This document shows, piece after piece, positions 39,830 through 54,416 of a DNA stretch of 64,000 nt. The stretch is from positions 4,464,001 through 4,528,000 of the forward strand of contig OZ234494.1 of the NCBI GenBank assembly GCA_965153455.1, given 5' to 3'. A program made the translations under genes and the position numbers. Numbering within the stretch: the first letter of the stretch is position 1; the number at the start of each line of letters is the position of its first letter. The notes under the pieces are model-generated. The model was not told the DNA's origin, searched no databases, and was given only the letters and a program-made list of their open reading frames with translations. Origin of the DNA: Sphagnum compactum. Lineage: Eukaryota.

Positions 39830-41800
39830 AAATTTCAACACATTGACCAATGCCTTCAAGTATGTAATTTCTTGTGCTCCCTTTCAACTACCTCCCCCAT
39901 TTCTAGGATCTTGTGTTGACCATGCAATGTGAAAGGTAGTTTAGTATGCTATTGATGTTGCCAAAGTTTGTTAGGGTGTTTAAAGAGTTAATTTGAAGGT
40001 TGTTTAAACATCATTGCAAAAATCTACTCCTTAGACTAAAAAATTAGGGATGGGGAGATAGGAATGGAAAAATGTTATTATCATTGTAGGGCTACCAATG
40101 AAGATGCTCAAAACTCCAATGAAGAAAATTTTGTCTCAAAAGTTATTTGTTTTCAAGAAACTCTTGAATACCAAAATCCAATTTCCATATGTTATGGATA
40201 GCAATAGGCTTTACACTTGTTTTCTAAAGTGCCAATGAATCAAACTTGCACTATGGCTCAAATAATTGCCAATACATTGTTTCCTATTGTCAAGCAATGT
40301 GTTTTAACCCAAACCCAAAGGTATTGGTTATATTGTGACATGCTCTTAATTATGTTTTAACTTTGTGCATTGCTATGGAAGTTGGTGTGGCTAACATTGA
40401 AGCTTTAAATCAACCTCTCATTTGTGGTGATTTTGATTCAAAATTGGAACATTTAAAATGAAGGATGATGGTGCACTTTGTGGGGATATTGATGCCATTC
40501 TTAGCCTTTCAATGGTTTACAGTCATTTTAAGGCCCACAAATGTTAGTGATCATGTTTGACCCTTTTTACAAGAACATGAAATGTATCCAAGACTTTGTG
40601 GGCAATTCAATTATTGTTGAAATTGTTGTAGAATACAATGTTAAGATCATGTGTCCTCTTTTATTGCAGCTATATAATCACTTAAATCATGTTAATGAAC
40701 TAGTAGAGCTAATGACAATTGAAGACAATGATTGTTTCTTTGGGCAAGTTGTGTTTACTAATGATGTAAATTGTAATCATTTCAACTTTGAAAAATGGAA
40801 TACATGAAATGATTACTTGTGCAATTACTAGATCATGAGAACCCTTGGTTTGGTGGGCATAATATGTGGTGTAATTTTTGCATGTTTCTTGGCTCATTAG
40901 GTGCTTGGGTGGGTGCAAGATGAGGTTGACCACTTTTTGTTTCACATTGCAAGTTTTTGTAAAGTGTCATGCATTAACACACCATAAAATCATCATTATG
41001 CCAAATTTTCCATTGAATTAAGATTTTCAACTTGAAGAAAAAGACCTATACATTAAAAATTATAATATATATATATATTATCCAAATATAGATAATTGGA
41101 TTTTTGAAGTTGAAAAATATGGATTGATATATTGTTTGGGGCTTGATACGAATATATTTTTGTTTATTAATTCTTTTTGGGTTATCTTATAGGGATTCAA
41201 TATATGACATATTAAAGCAAAGTTAACATAGATGCAAAAAATAATTAAAAAAAAGATATGGATTTTTAAATGTTTTAAATGGACCTTATTTTCAAAAGTC
41301 CATATCATATTCAGTTTTTAATGATCTTAATGTTTTTTTCTTTTAATATGCATTTTAAAAAGTTATTTAGTTGGGTTTTAATTCACATAATTTTTATTAT
41401 ATCATTAGCCACATTGAATCCCCCAATGAAACAATGATACCATAATAGATTACAATTTTAACATTACTGAATGGACTTTTTTACTGTTGGAATTGGTCCA
41501 CCTTCCCTTGCAACCACCCCTTGGCATTGTGGGGTCACAAATTGAAATAAAGCAAATCTTTATCATTGTTGGTGCCATCACAAATACTTAGTAATCACAA
41601 TTGGGGATTAAAAATTTGGATTCCTTATTTTGGTGATAAAAATTTGGATTATTGATGTTCATGTTGATTGTGATGGGGCCAAAAAGCTTGTGAATATGAT
41701 TGATTTTCGTACCTTGGAGTCTATTATAATTGAAGAAAATAATAAACTCATTAAAGAGCAAGGTCCTTATGAAAAAGACCTTGATTTAGACTTTTGATTT
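39830..41800 (+). pseudogene. hAT-family transposase relic, heavily degraded
   Basis: FLGSCVDHAM, MLKTPMK, MFDPFYK (MLDPRFK-like), ENPLVWWA, and GIKNLDSLILVIKIW (C-terminal dimerisation-like region). It begins immediately where the Sola2-like frame breaks off. Confidence 0.6.
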
Positions 41801-44800
41801 TCTATAAGCATTCTAATTCAATTTGATTTTTTCCCCTTGCTTAATTATTTCATGTGCATACTTTTTGTATAAAATTGTTATGATGTTGGGTTTGTGTTTG
41901 TAATTAGGGTAGAGGTGCATGTGAATTGTTGGCAATGCACATTCAACATTCAACCCCAAGTTAATTGCATTAGAAGACATTTGTTTGCTTTAAGTAATAA
42001 TCCAATGATGAAATGGGCATGATTATGAAGAACCTTGATTCTTTAGACATGGTTGAAAAACGCGGGGTAAATTTTCTTGTGTTATGTTTTTTGCCATCTG
42101 TTTTCTATTGAGGTCAATGTGTAGGTTATTTGATGACATGATTTTGTTGCTTCTGATTTTGTCATGTGTGGACCATTGAATGGGACTTATGTATATTTCC
42201 TTGTTGCTTATCATGTGCACATTTATGGTACATTTTATTCTTCCATTGTTGTTATTGTATTTTGTGGGATTTTTGTACATTTGGCCTTTTTTGGTTGGTG
42301 GCTGATTTGCTTTTCCTAGTTGGTTGGTTGATTTTTCCTTTCTTAATTGGTTGGTTGCTTTTGCCTTTCACAGTTGGTCTTTTTTATTCTACCACTTTTG
42401 GTAGGTATTTTGTTTACATGGCAATTGTCTATTATGTTTATTATGGGTTAGTTCAAATTTTTATTTTTTGTTTTGAATTTTTGTGCTTTTTGTGAGTCTT
42501 GAGGTTGTGTTTTGAGTCTTTGTTGTTTTTATGAGTCTTGAGTTTGTGTCTTGGGTCTTTGTTGATTTTTTGGGTTTGGAGTATTTGTTTTATGTTTTAT
42601 TTTTGTTTTTATGAGTTTTGAGTTTTTGTCTTATGTCTTGGTTGCTTATATGAGTTTGTTCTTTGTTCATGGTCCATTTGCCCAAAAGCCATTTATGAGA
42701 AAATATTTTGCAAAGGCAAAAATGATGGATTCAACTACAACTTTGAAAAAAGGTCATCTCCATGACCATAGGAAGCTAATACTTTGAGCTTATAGATCAC
42801 AAATTTTATAACATGTTTTGATAAAAAACATATTATGCCTTTTTTTGTTGTCTTTCTATAAGTTTTGGAACAATATGATGTATAAAAAAGCTAGATGATG
42901 AAATCCACGTCAATTTGAATTTAAATAGCACTTTAAAATCATAACCCTAAATCCTGACCTTACCCGAAATCGCATTCACATCAACAACTTTAAACCCTGT
43001 ACCTTGTAACTGCATGAGTTAAGGAAAGTAAATTGAAACCTAACTCGAGGTTTTTGAACATTTTTAAAATTTTCAAAACCGTGCCTGGAAAGTTAATCAA
43101 AATTTATAAAAAATACAATAACCGAGAGACTGCATATTCTCTTTAAAACCAATACCCGCACAACACTGGTCCTTACCGATCAAAGCGGCGAATACGTGCC
43201 CAACACTGGTCCCGATGTCCAGGCCTCCACCAAGGGTAGTTAGGAGAAAAAAACCTTGCAAAAGTACAGGAATTGACTCTGGAATCCATCCATCCAGACA
43301 AACATTGGAATTTAGGAGCTTGGTTGATGGCAGCCTAGCATCATATTGATGACTACAGGGATGATGTCTGTTAGGCCCCCCTGGGTGGTGGTGGATGCAT
43401 GCACTGCTGGGTTCATATTTTTGCCCGATTCATCCCCCCTTACCCTTCCCCTCCTTCCTTCCTTCCTCCCCTCCCCCCCCCCCCCCCCCCCTCCTCCGCC
43501 CTCAAATGCATTTCTACCTCCATTTGGTCAATTCTAACTCATTGGGCGTGCTCCAGGCATGTGCCAATCTCTCTGAAGAAATTTGCACAGAAATTCTGAG
43601 CAGCGGACAGCAGATGATATAGCTAGGCAGCTTCTTAAGAAATTTGTTCACAGTTTTGATATTGAGCAGTGAGCACATTCCACCAATTCTTTATTGTTGT
43701 GCTTCCTATTATGATGAAACCCTGCTGATCATAAATAAACCAAAGCACCCAAACAAGGGGGGAAACAAACAAGGAAAAAAATGAAAGAACCCCCATTGAT
43801 GAAGACAAAAGAACCACCCGAGAGGGCAAACCACAAGGGGAACGTCCTGAACCCCCTCTTGTCACGAGAAGCATATCAAATAAGGAAAGGGGAGGACCTC
43901 CTGAAAGGACGCCTTTAACTTAATAAAGTTTGTCAGGTTTACATCAATTGTTTGCAACTATTAGGTTCGCCCACAGTTTTACTGTCAATTTTCCAGAAGG
44001 AGTCATTTGATTGGCCCCATCACCAATATTTTTTGGAACATGGGGCACTCCCTCACATAGAAGCCTAAATATGCCTTCCCTTGGCCACTCCCTTACAAGT
44101 TATGTACATGGAAGTTGAACTATGGCCTAACAATATGGCATAAAAAATGATGTGCTATTGGGAACATCTTACAGAACACATTGCAAACAGAAAAAATAAA
44201 TCCCCCATGACCTAAAAGAAGAAAACTAAGGCCCCTTGGGCCTTCTCATTCATGAAATTTTTATTTCCAAAACGGTTTGTCACCATTTTCAATATCGACT
44301 AATATCCCCGGGAGGTACTTATTAGCAATCATCCCAAAAGGGATTTAGCATTAATTGACAACATGCTTGCAAAAAAAAGTGTCCAAGCTTTAGAAAATTG
44401 GTGAAATATTGCCCCAAAACTAAAACCTATGTCCAAATGTGAGGGAATTTCTTCAAAAATAAAATTTTGTCACGAGTTTCAGAAATCTTAGAAAATATGC
44501 AATTTGTGACAGAATATTCCTTTTTTGATTTTTTAGATTAAAATTTTGAGGAAATTAGCCTCAAAGATTGTGTAGGTTTCTCTCAGGAGCGTGGAAAAGC
44601 ACATAGCCATGTGGAGGGTACTGCAACAGAATCACTTCTGAATGTCACATGGGGAATAGGCTACTTTGGCCTATGTTGTTTGGATCATAGACGAAACCAG
44701 AATTCCCTCCCACCTATAACTTAACCAAAGTCCTTTTGAAGTTGGGAATACCCCAAGAAACAGTTTCTGGTGGTTAAAAAATACATATTTGTGATATCAG

Positions 44801-46914
44801 CCAGAATTTTTTTTTCAAATTCTTTTGCACTTGGTGACAAGAAAAATAATCCAGTGTGAGTCATGCAAAGGATATTTGTGAAAAAAAATGAGCCAAAGTT
44901 GCCAGACTTTGAGGATTTTAATATATTTTTGTTGAAATCATCATGTTTAGACAATATGTTCAATCAAGTCGCCAAAATATAGCTAAATTCTTTAAGATTT
45001 CCTACTTTTCTCTTGTGGATGATTGACAGTGTGATTACATGGAAAAATTGAAGGGAAAAGCCCTGATACCAGAATAACATATTTCCTCTGGGTGGTTTCC
45101 ATAAGTTCCTAATCCATATGAACAATGGTATGCCAATGCTTGTATTGGTCAAATTTGAACCTGGATCTTGGTATGAGTGTTGTGAATTTTGATTGTAGTT
45201 GTGTACGTTTCTTTCTTCAAATATAACAAAGTTATTAAGCAGAATTACAAGCAACAAACAATCATACACTCAACATCACAGACATGCATTAATTATCAAA
45301 TTTGAAGAAATACAAAAACCCATTCTACCATATATTATACCACCTATTAACACTTCACACCTCCAATCGATACATGGTTTGTTTATATTCCTTGAGGATG
45401 TTAGAGTTATAGGTAAAGTAACCGTGTCTTCACCTTGTCTTTGAGCCTCCTTTCACCCCCTATCCCTTCTTTCAGTGGTATCTCCAAAGTAAAGACATTT
45501 TATTAAATCTCAGTATGAAATGCTGAAACTCAGCATTTCATGCACGAGATTCGAGACTAATTATAATAATTGTACAGTTAAGAGCAGTGAAAATATATGT
45601 AGCAGGAGTGGAGGTGCGCAGGAAAAAGGAAGGACAGGATGAAACTCAGTTTACCACCAAAATTGATGGTTTTCGGAGTTTCATCCCCCATTGAATGCTA
45701 ATGTACTTTTTTGCAGGTTTTTAAAAAATCTCACCCTGTTTATGACCAAACTCAGGGTTTTGGTACTGTGTTTTTCTTACTTTACGGATAACTCCTGTTG
45801 TGTGCACTGGTCTAGAACTATCAAAGAGCTGTAAATACAGTCCCAACCTCTTTCAAATATACAAACGGGCTCTAAAACTCCAGTATGGTATGCTGAGTGT
45901 GTGAAGAAAATAAAAGCTTGTGTTTGAAACAATTGAACATTTGAATGTCTGTTTTGGTGTGTTCATTACAGACATTATTTTCATAATGTTTGGGTTGAGA
46001 AGATTAATGGTCATAACTTTCACATATGGAAGATCAAGATGGGGTTTGCCCTGTGTAGAAACCTTTTCATGAGAGTATTCCAACAAAGCTTATTGCAATT
46101 ATGGTGGAAGTTCAAAAAGGAAACACTTGTTCATAAAGGAGAAAAAATGTTTTGGCATGAAGCTTATACAAAAGACGGACAAATTGGTTTGTGGCACAAG
46201 CCAAGATTAGCAAGAATGTGTGCATTGGAACAATTTGGGTGCCAATTTGTGCGATGAAACAAGTAATAATTTTTTGCATTTGGTAGATGAGTTCTAGAAC
46301 GTTAACCTGACAAGAAAGGGGATTTGTTCAAATTCATGTTAATGGAGTTCATCAACTATCCAATATTGATCACCATCCATTCATGAATGTAAACCAAATA
46401 GCCAATAATATTGTGACATTTCAAAAGAGTGCATCTCTAGACATTAGGATATGATGAAAGGGCTTACACATCATGTTTGCACATGCATAAGATGATTAAT
46501 AACAAGGTATTATGTGTTAAAATAGAGTTCCATGGAATAATCACATTTTATACAAGGTTCCATGTTGCGCTCAAAGCTTTATTGTGAATTCTAGATTCAT
46601 GTTTCACACATCAACTTGTCTTGTAGGGTCCGAAAAAAAGAAGTATTAAATTATCTATCTTTCCATGTGTTGCTTTTGGATTTTCAAATTTCATGATGTT
46701 ATAGGTGACACACACATTATACACATACATTATACATGTATTTTCCTTGGTTTTAATTGAGATTATGTATTAATGACAATTTTATGAAGGACTACCACAA
46801 TGGAACCAATTGTATTTTCAACATAATGTTGTTAGGTGGTAGTTGGTTCAATTGTGAACATGTTAGAAAAAATGAAATGGACCACCATTGATTTGGTAAT
46901 TACCTCACCTCGAT

Positions 46915-47155
46915 ACAATGATTCAAATTTCAAATTCATGCCTTCAAACACGAAACACATTTACACTTGCATATGGATTAAACGAATATGATTCCTTCAT
47001 ATCCTCACTTAAACATAATGAATCAAATTTTTGTATTCAAACGCAAATTGCATTTTACTCATGCATATGGATGGAAGGAATCAATTGGACCATATCCTCA
47101 CATAAATACAATAGTTCAAATTCATGCATTCAAACCTAAAGCACATTTTACACTT
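46915..47155. repeat. ~95-bp tandem repeat array, first segment (continues at 50340-50560 and 53250-53430)
   Basis: The unit 'acaatgattcaaatt..tgcattcaaa....aaacacattttacacttgcatatggatggaa' occurs in all three segments. Confidence 0.75.
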
Positions 47156-50120
47156 CACTAGAATAAATCTTGTCCATAGTAGCATGATGTTTGTGATTAG
47201 TGTGCAACTAGACTTGTCTAAATCAACTCATTTTGCAATTACGTCTATAACAATCCTACGTAGTTGCAATAGTTACAATTATTTGTAGTCACATCTATGA
47301 TTACATTATGATGCATTTAAATCTGAGTTGTACATGCAACTACAATTTGTGACTATCATAGATTTAGATGTAAAGATTGACTAAAAGTACGCATATGTCA
47401 TCCATTATAGTGGCATTCATTGATGGTTAACAACTAAGTTGCAAAAGCAATTGTAGTTGTAACCATACATAAAGGATTAAATGACACATGATATCTTATT
47501 TCAATTCAAAATGTACAAAGTTCATTTATTATTTAATAGGTAGACTAGAAAAGGTTATTATTACCATGTGGGTGAAAGAATGGTTGAAGGAGGCAAAGTA
47601 TTCTCCCAAATGGTTTTTTTCATTTGTCCTTAACAAAGTACTCAACACTAAGATGATGTAAGAACCAATGGAATTTGAATGATGGAATCACAATATACAT
47701 GAAACCAATGACCAAATTCTAAAAGGGTTTTAAAATTCAATATGACCACATTGTACTTTGGTTGTAGTAATGAATGTCCTAATCAAGAACTTAACACAAC
47801 ACATGATTTTAACTAATACTATCAAACTTTGGTGTTTTCAAGAAATGAAAAATTGCCACCATCTAAGACAATCATCTATATTCGAGCATTTTAAAATTAT
47901 GTTCACACAATTTCATAATCAGTTGGGATAATGCATTGAAAATCAAGTTGTTAAAAAATTGGCCATTGAAAGGAGTATATAAAAAATTTATGGTTTCAAT
48001 GAAATATTTGGTGCTAAATTGTTCTTACAACTATCCTTGAAAAGATCATGTTGTTGGATTTTTTAAAACTTCAAATGGCCTAATATCTTCAAAAAAATTG
48101 TGTCTTGACACTCACACCAAAGTAGCCCAATTTTTTGCATGCATTAAATCATGATCTTAAAAATTCATGTATAGAATTTTATTCTAAATTTATTCAAAAA
48201 ATAGGCATAAGTGTTATGGACAATTTAACAACTTGAAAAACTTCAAAATGAAATTAGGTGAAAGTTTGAAATTGAATGCACTTCTAAATAAATCAATGCA
48301 CATTTCATTGTAATTCCACATCAATATGGTCATAATAACCTTAAATGATACCACATACTTTTAACATCCTACCGTTTAATTTGAAAACAAAGTCACATTT
48401 GTATTGGGCCTTTATTAGTATTGCAAATACATCCAAAATTGTAACACCCAACCATGTTTTCAACCTAGTAGGTTGGTTAGGCTAGGTTAACCTAAGGTAA
48501 ACACATGTTACCAACCTATTTTTTTCCTAATTAGATGCATAAGTAGGCCATCCACTCACCTATTTACATATTACCTACCTTCTTAATTACCTACATAATT
48601 AGTGTATGTATTAAAATGTGAAATAAATAAACTTTGACAAAATTTATCACCTTATAAAATTGTGATGCAATGCTTAAAGGCTTGGTTTATACTTGTGCAT
48701 GTGAAGGGTTCAAGTCTTCATACTTGCACCTTAAGTGCTAGCGTAAAATAGGCTAGGCTAATCTAGGTAGGCCTAACTTAGGTTAGGTAAGTACCCATTA
48801 TTATACTTAAGTAGCTAGGTAAATAGGTACCTAGTTTAGTATGTTAGGGTAAACACTTATTACCTACCTACCTACATTATTATCTTATTTAGGTAGGTAG
48901 GTAGGTAGGTTACTAGGTTATTAGGTTAGGTTATGCTACATTCCATTAAGTATGACGCGCTCCCAAGCTCCCTGATAGACTCAGGATGAGTCTAAAGTAA
49001 GAAAACAACGAAAAGGTTAGGAGCTCAGGGCACGTTCCCTAGCTCTTAGCACTTTAAAGAGGTAGAGGGGCGTGCTAGAGCTACGGGATGGGACTACGGA
49101 GAGTGACAAACAATCTATTTACTCACTCGAATCTACATCAAACCAACCAACACGCTGGTTAGTACAATGTTCGGGCACCTTTGGTGCTAGGACGAGTCAT
49201 GGGCGACCTCGGATTCACAAGACTCACCACGGCCCGGACTCGGAGGAAGCCACCACCTTCCCCCATATAGTATACTATGCACCTCTCCATGAGGCCTACA
49301 TCCAAATGACTTTTTGTCCCGAGACTCCCAAAATTGGCAAGGTTGGAATTCTTGCAACTTTGTGAGGCTATAACTTCGTGCTCAGACTTCAGATTGGGAC
49401 GAGGTCTGAAGCAAAGTTGTAGCTCTCATCGAAAGCTTTCCAATGGTGTGTCGCACGTCACCTGCACGCACAAAAATCGGGTCGATTCTTGACTTTTCGT
49501 GGTCGGGAGTGAAATTGCCAGTTTGACTTTTGGCCTTTCTTTTCGCCATAACTTGTGTTGCAAATGTCCAAATGGGTCATGCGAGCCCATTTTAGACATT
49601 TACACTTGAATATCTTTCCAATGATATAAAGAACTTCCCAATGCGAAATGTTTTGACCTTTGCAATTGCTCTATGAAGGTTCAGGAGTCCACCGGGACTC
49701 CAACTCCCAAAATGGGAGCTCATTTGGGAGTGTGAGTCTTCATTCTCACACATTCTCACTCCTCTGGCCCACGCCCTTGTAACACTTTTTGCCTTGGTCG
49801 CGGCCCAAGGCTAGGGTTACGACAAAGTAATGAGGACACTTGGCATTATACAAATACACATGTTGACCTAGTTGCAAATGTAGTCACAAAGTCAAATTCC
49901 ATATAAGCTAAACAAGGTCCATGTCATATTCATGTTCCTTCATGGTAATGGATTAAAAATTGGATTCAATTTGCAAGGTTTTGTAACAATTATGTAACTT
50001 TAATGCCATGTGGTGTTTTCTGTGACTAGTTGTTTGATGGCACTTGTTTTTTTATGATTAGATCATTTGCAATCACAAATGTCTATTATAACTAAAATCT
50101 AGTCCCTAGGGAGATTATTT
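47156..50120. mobile_element. Non-autonomous CACTA-like element (right end degenerate) containing a solo LTR
   Basis: Left end CACTAGAATAAATCTTGTCC; sub-terminal GCAACT/AGTTGC/GTGACT repeats at 47200-47460 and 49860-50100; internal (TAGG)n tract. The right TIR is not clearly resolved. Confidence 0.55.
48953..49824. mobile_element. Solo LTR (TG...CA), 872 bp
   Basis: Starts TGACGCGC, ends AGGGTTACGACA, perfect 5-bp TSD AAGTA; same family as 24716-25448. Confidence 0.85.
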
Positions 50121-50570
50121 CCATTTATTCCGAACAACATGCAAAAATATATAAGGTGCAGCTTATAAAAAAAATATGTAATTTTTTTTAATTTGTAAAT
50201 TAGGTGCCTATAATTCATTATCATAATATAATTTAAATATATCCAAAACCTTTTTATCTCTAACAGTTCTTAAAACATACAAATAATGATTTACTTGGGA
50301 TCTAATCATAAATCGAATCATTATTTCTTAAAAAAGAAATTTGTGCTTGCACATTGATAGGAGTTATGAATTCCATTGGATTGTTTCATTTAAACACAAT
50401 GATTCAAATTCTTGCATTCGAATAGAAAATAGAGTTTACATTTGCATACAAATGGAAGAAATTGATGACACCATTAATTCACCTAAATGTAATGATTCAA
50501 ATTTTTATTTTAAAGTTTTGCATATGTATGGTTTAAGGAATCAATTACACCATAGCCCATTAAAAACCTT

Positions 50571-53243
50571 CACAAGAAGAAATCTTGTCCTTTTCCACCC
50601 CACACATTGCGACTACTGTTTGATTTGATTACCTTTCAACTACATTTGTCCATTTTAAGTTTATAAATGGCTTGTTGCACTAATTAATGGTCAATATTAT
50701 TCATAGTTGCTACATTCACTATGTTGTCACTTATGAGTATAATTTGGACACTTTCTTATACTTTAATAATTTTAAATTGTTGATGTGAAAATTAAGGTAA
50801 CTTTAATTTTATTTATAAAATGCATTATAATGGTTTAGTGAATGTTTTGACAATCTCTTCAACAATCAACATGGTACATGAATTGAACCATCAACTTTTA
50901 ACATGTTGAAACCATAACTCATGAATTGCATCTTACACTTATCATAATTTATTAAACTACGCATATAATAATTAAAACTCCACATGTGTATTGGAACAAA
51001 TTAGTGATTTTTTTCACATATCTTCAATTATCAACATGTGTACATGAGTTAAACCATTCAATTTTAAAATTTAAAGCCATTATTCACAAGTTGCATTTAT
51101 ATTTGAATGGGTTCGTGATTAAGTCAAATGTTCATGCATGCCAAGTCTAACATGCATCTAAACCTCTAAATTATAAATTTTTCATATATTAAATTCTTGT
51201 AAATTATAACGTATTATTTTTAGGCATCATGGACAAGTTTTTCATTACGAATTTTCATGATGCCACATAAAAAACCCCTAGAAATAATCCTTAAATTTTC
51301 CCATTTTTTCTCTTAGTGTATGAAAAAAAATCCATGTTTTAAAAACAAATTAAAGTATTTAAATTTTTAATTTCTTAAAATATATTATTTTTTATTAGGA
51401 TATAAAATAATAATAATAATAATAATAATAATTTGATAAAATAATAGTAATAATAATAATTTTTTGATTTTTAACTAAAAAATCATTTGTTGATGTTGAT
51501 GGCCCTTTTTTATCTTTGCAAAATGGTGAAAATTGACCCCCTTAAAAAAAAATTAGATACATCATTAATATTTATTTTAATGTTTTCAAAAAAAATTGAT
51601 AAGGTTTATAGTGATTTCAAAGATTGAGCTTAAAAAGTTTCACATACATTTGATGTTGGAATTGTTTATGTGTTAAAGGTTGAAATTATAAGAATTAACT
51701 TTAAATTTTTATTCATTAGGCTTAACCTTTTTTCTTTCAAATTTGTGACTTCAATGTTTTGGCAATTTGTTTGTTGTTTACATTTTTCCTTGAATTTACA
51801 CAATTTTAACCATTTTTTCCCCAAGAACAACTGCCAACTTAGGAAATTTTGAAATTAAAAAACATGTTGGTTAGGGAGGGGGTATTTAATCCAAGTTTTT
51901 AATGCCATTTGAACAAATTATGTTTCTTTTATTTTTACAAAACAAAGGTAAAATATATTTTTACATCATTATATATATGGATTTTTTTCAAGTCATGTAG
52001 TTAATTAATGTGTATGATTCATGATGCCAAACAAATATGGTTTTGATAATTAAATGGCTATATTGATTACTTAATTTATTTTTCTTTTTGTGGCCATTTT
52101 TGCCAACTTAAAGGGGGAACAACATCAACAGAAAAAGAAAATTTAAAGAGAAAATAACAAGTTTTAAAATTTAAAATATATATTGTCACGTTTTTACAAT
52201 AAATTATAGTAGGTAGCCATAATATTGAAGGACTTAAACAAGTTTTCAATTGCATAACTTGTCTATAACCAAATGTGGTTAAATTTTCTTATGGATGATT
52301 CTCATTTTAGCAACATCGCAAAAATAAATAAATTTTTTTTTACCCAACCATAATGAGGAAAATAAAAACTTATAATTTTTCAAAAAAATGGACATATTTT
52401 GCATAATGAAAATGACATTGTTAAAGAATTAATGAATGCATTTTTGAATTCACATTGAATTCAAAAAGATTATAGGTCAATTTAAACAAAATGATATTTG
52501 TAAATTTATTCATGACATGTTATTTTAAGTTTTTAAACCTTTAACATTTAATATTTTAAAATTATATATATATATATATATATGAATGCATTATTGAATA
52601 TGCTTCAAGATGATGTTTTCATTTGTAGCCTTTGTATCAATTTTGAAAAAAAAAGTATATTAAAGTTTGAATTTCCTAAACAATTCCATGGCAAATGTAA
52701 TAAATTTAAACTTTTTTGTGTTAATAAAGTTTTGAAATGGGTTGATTGTTAAGACCTTGATATGCCTCCATGAGTCTTGGGTTCAAACTTTGATAAATGC
52801 ATGCATCAATGTATTTTGTATAAATGTAATGTATGGATATGTACATCATGGTTAATGATGTCGAAATGTTTATTTGACAAAATAAAAAAATAAAAAAATT
52901 CGTAGCATGTAATTTTGTCACATTGTGTTGTGAAAAAAATACACTCTATGACTCCATGATCCATAAAAAAAACTGAAATTTTTGAAAAAATGTCGTATGA
53001 CGACGTGGCATTTTATTCCATGTCATAATAATTTGGGACTTTAGATATCCATGTCATAATTTTAATTATGTAATGCAACATGTGACTATCTAAAATAATT
53101 AAAACACATTTCACTAAAAATGTTTTAATCAACTAGTCTTTTTTTACCAAAACCATACAAGGTGCATACTAGTCAATTTTGTCCCATTTCACTAAAAATC
53201 TAATGAATTTGAAATGTGCAAAGGGACAAGATTTTTTGTTGTG
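50571..53243. mobile_element. Non-autonomous CACTA-like element with CACAA termini
   Basis: Left CACAAGAAGAAATCTTGTCC versus reverse complement of the right end CACAACAAAAAATCTTGTCC (18/20 match); flanks CTT/TTT (imperfect 3-bp TSD); AT-rich non-coding interior. Confidence 0.8.
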
Positions 53244-54416
53244 TTTGGATGTAATCGATCTTCAAATTATGACTTTTAAACACAAAACACATTTTACACT
53301 TGTATATGGATGGAAAAAATCAATTATAACATTGCCTCACTCATAGACAATGATTCAAATTCATGCATTCAAATAGAAAACACGTTTTAGCTTGCATATG
53401 GATGGAAAAAATCAATTGTAACAATTTTCTACATCATCAAATTCTACTACCTACCACCATATGTTTGCAAACATAAATTACAAACATACAAAAAAAACAT
53501 AGATATTAGCACACCTCTAGGTTTTGAAAACAAATACACACAAAAAAGCTTGAAGGTAAAACATGAACCTTTATCTTTTTATTTTTTTAAAACTTTCTTG
53601 TCTTCAATACATGTTAATAATGTTGCAGGCATATTCTTTGCATTTTGATAAGTGACAAAAATTGAGGGACTAGGGGTATGTAGTTTTTGCTCTTCACTTC
53701 TCAACACAAATGCATAGTAAATTCACACCATAAGGTTGATGAACATCACATGTAAACTATAAACAACATTACCTTAGATCTTACTATAGTTACATGCCGC
53801 TAAAAAATAAATTGTGATCCATTACAACTAAATATTTTTTTAATTGTACATAATTCCTAAAATATGTAACAAAACCATGGATAAGATCTCTCAATGTTCC
53901 CTTGTGGGTTCATCTTTCCTCTCCATTCAATCCCAACTTCCAACCTCACTTTCAAATAGAACACACAAATCCTTGCAGTAATATCCCTAGTTATATAGTC
54001 TCATTTTGATCATAAATCTTTCAACTCTACGACACCAACTAGTGCACCATGGTTTTGAAACCATTGGCAAATCTTTATTCCTAAATCCCCACAACAATGC
54101 CAAATACAATTGTTCAATCAAAGTCCTAGGAATTTCTTTTATTTTTTCCAACATACACCACACTTAACCAAATTTAAACTCACATTCCCCAAGTCCCTCC
54201 CTACCCTTCCCCAAAAACATTATCCTATTTAAATCTACTTAGTAACAACCCACATTCTTTCAATAGATTTGGTTTTGTAGACCTAAGACTTTGGACATTG
54301 TTACATTCACAAATCCATTAGACACAATGAACTTTCAATTACCTCCAAATTTCTCTTTGATCATCTTACTAAGCCCTAACCACTGCAAATTACAAATTTA
54401 GCATGCGACAAATTAA

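Noticed and set aside
42166-42660. 109-aa hydrophobic ORF
   Set aside because: T/G-rich low-complexity DNA produces an apparent membrane protein.
43346-43622. Poly-proline ORFs in three + frames
   Set aside because: Produced by a poly-C/pyrimidine tract.
48661-48720. Functional tRNA gene
   Set aside because: No acceptor stem or cloverleaf can be formed; kept only as an A/B-box relic.
49072-49365. 97-aa ORF (also the ORFs at 25189-25470)
   Set aside because: Chance frames within the solo LTR family, not conserved between the two copies.
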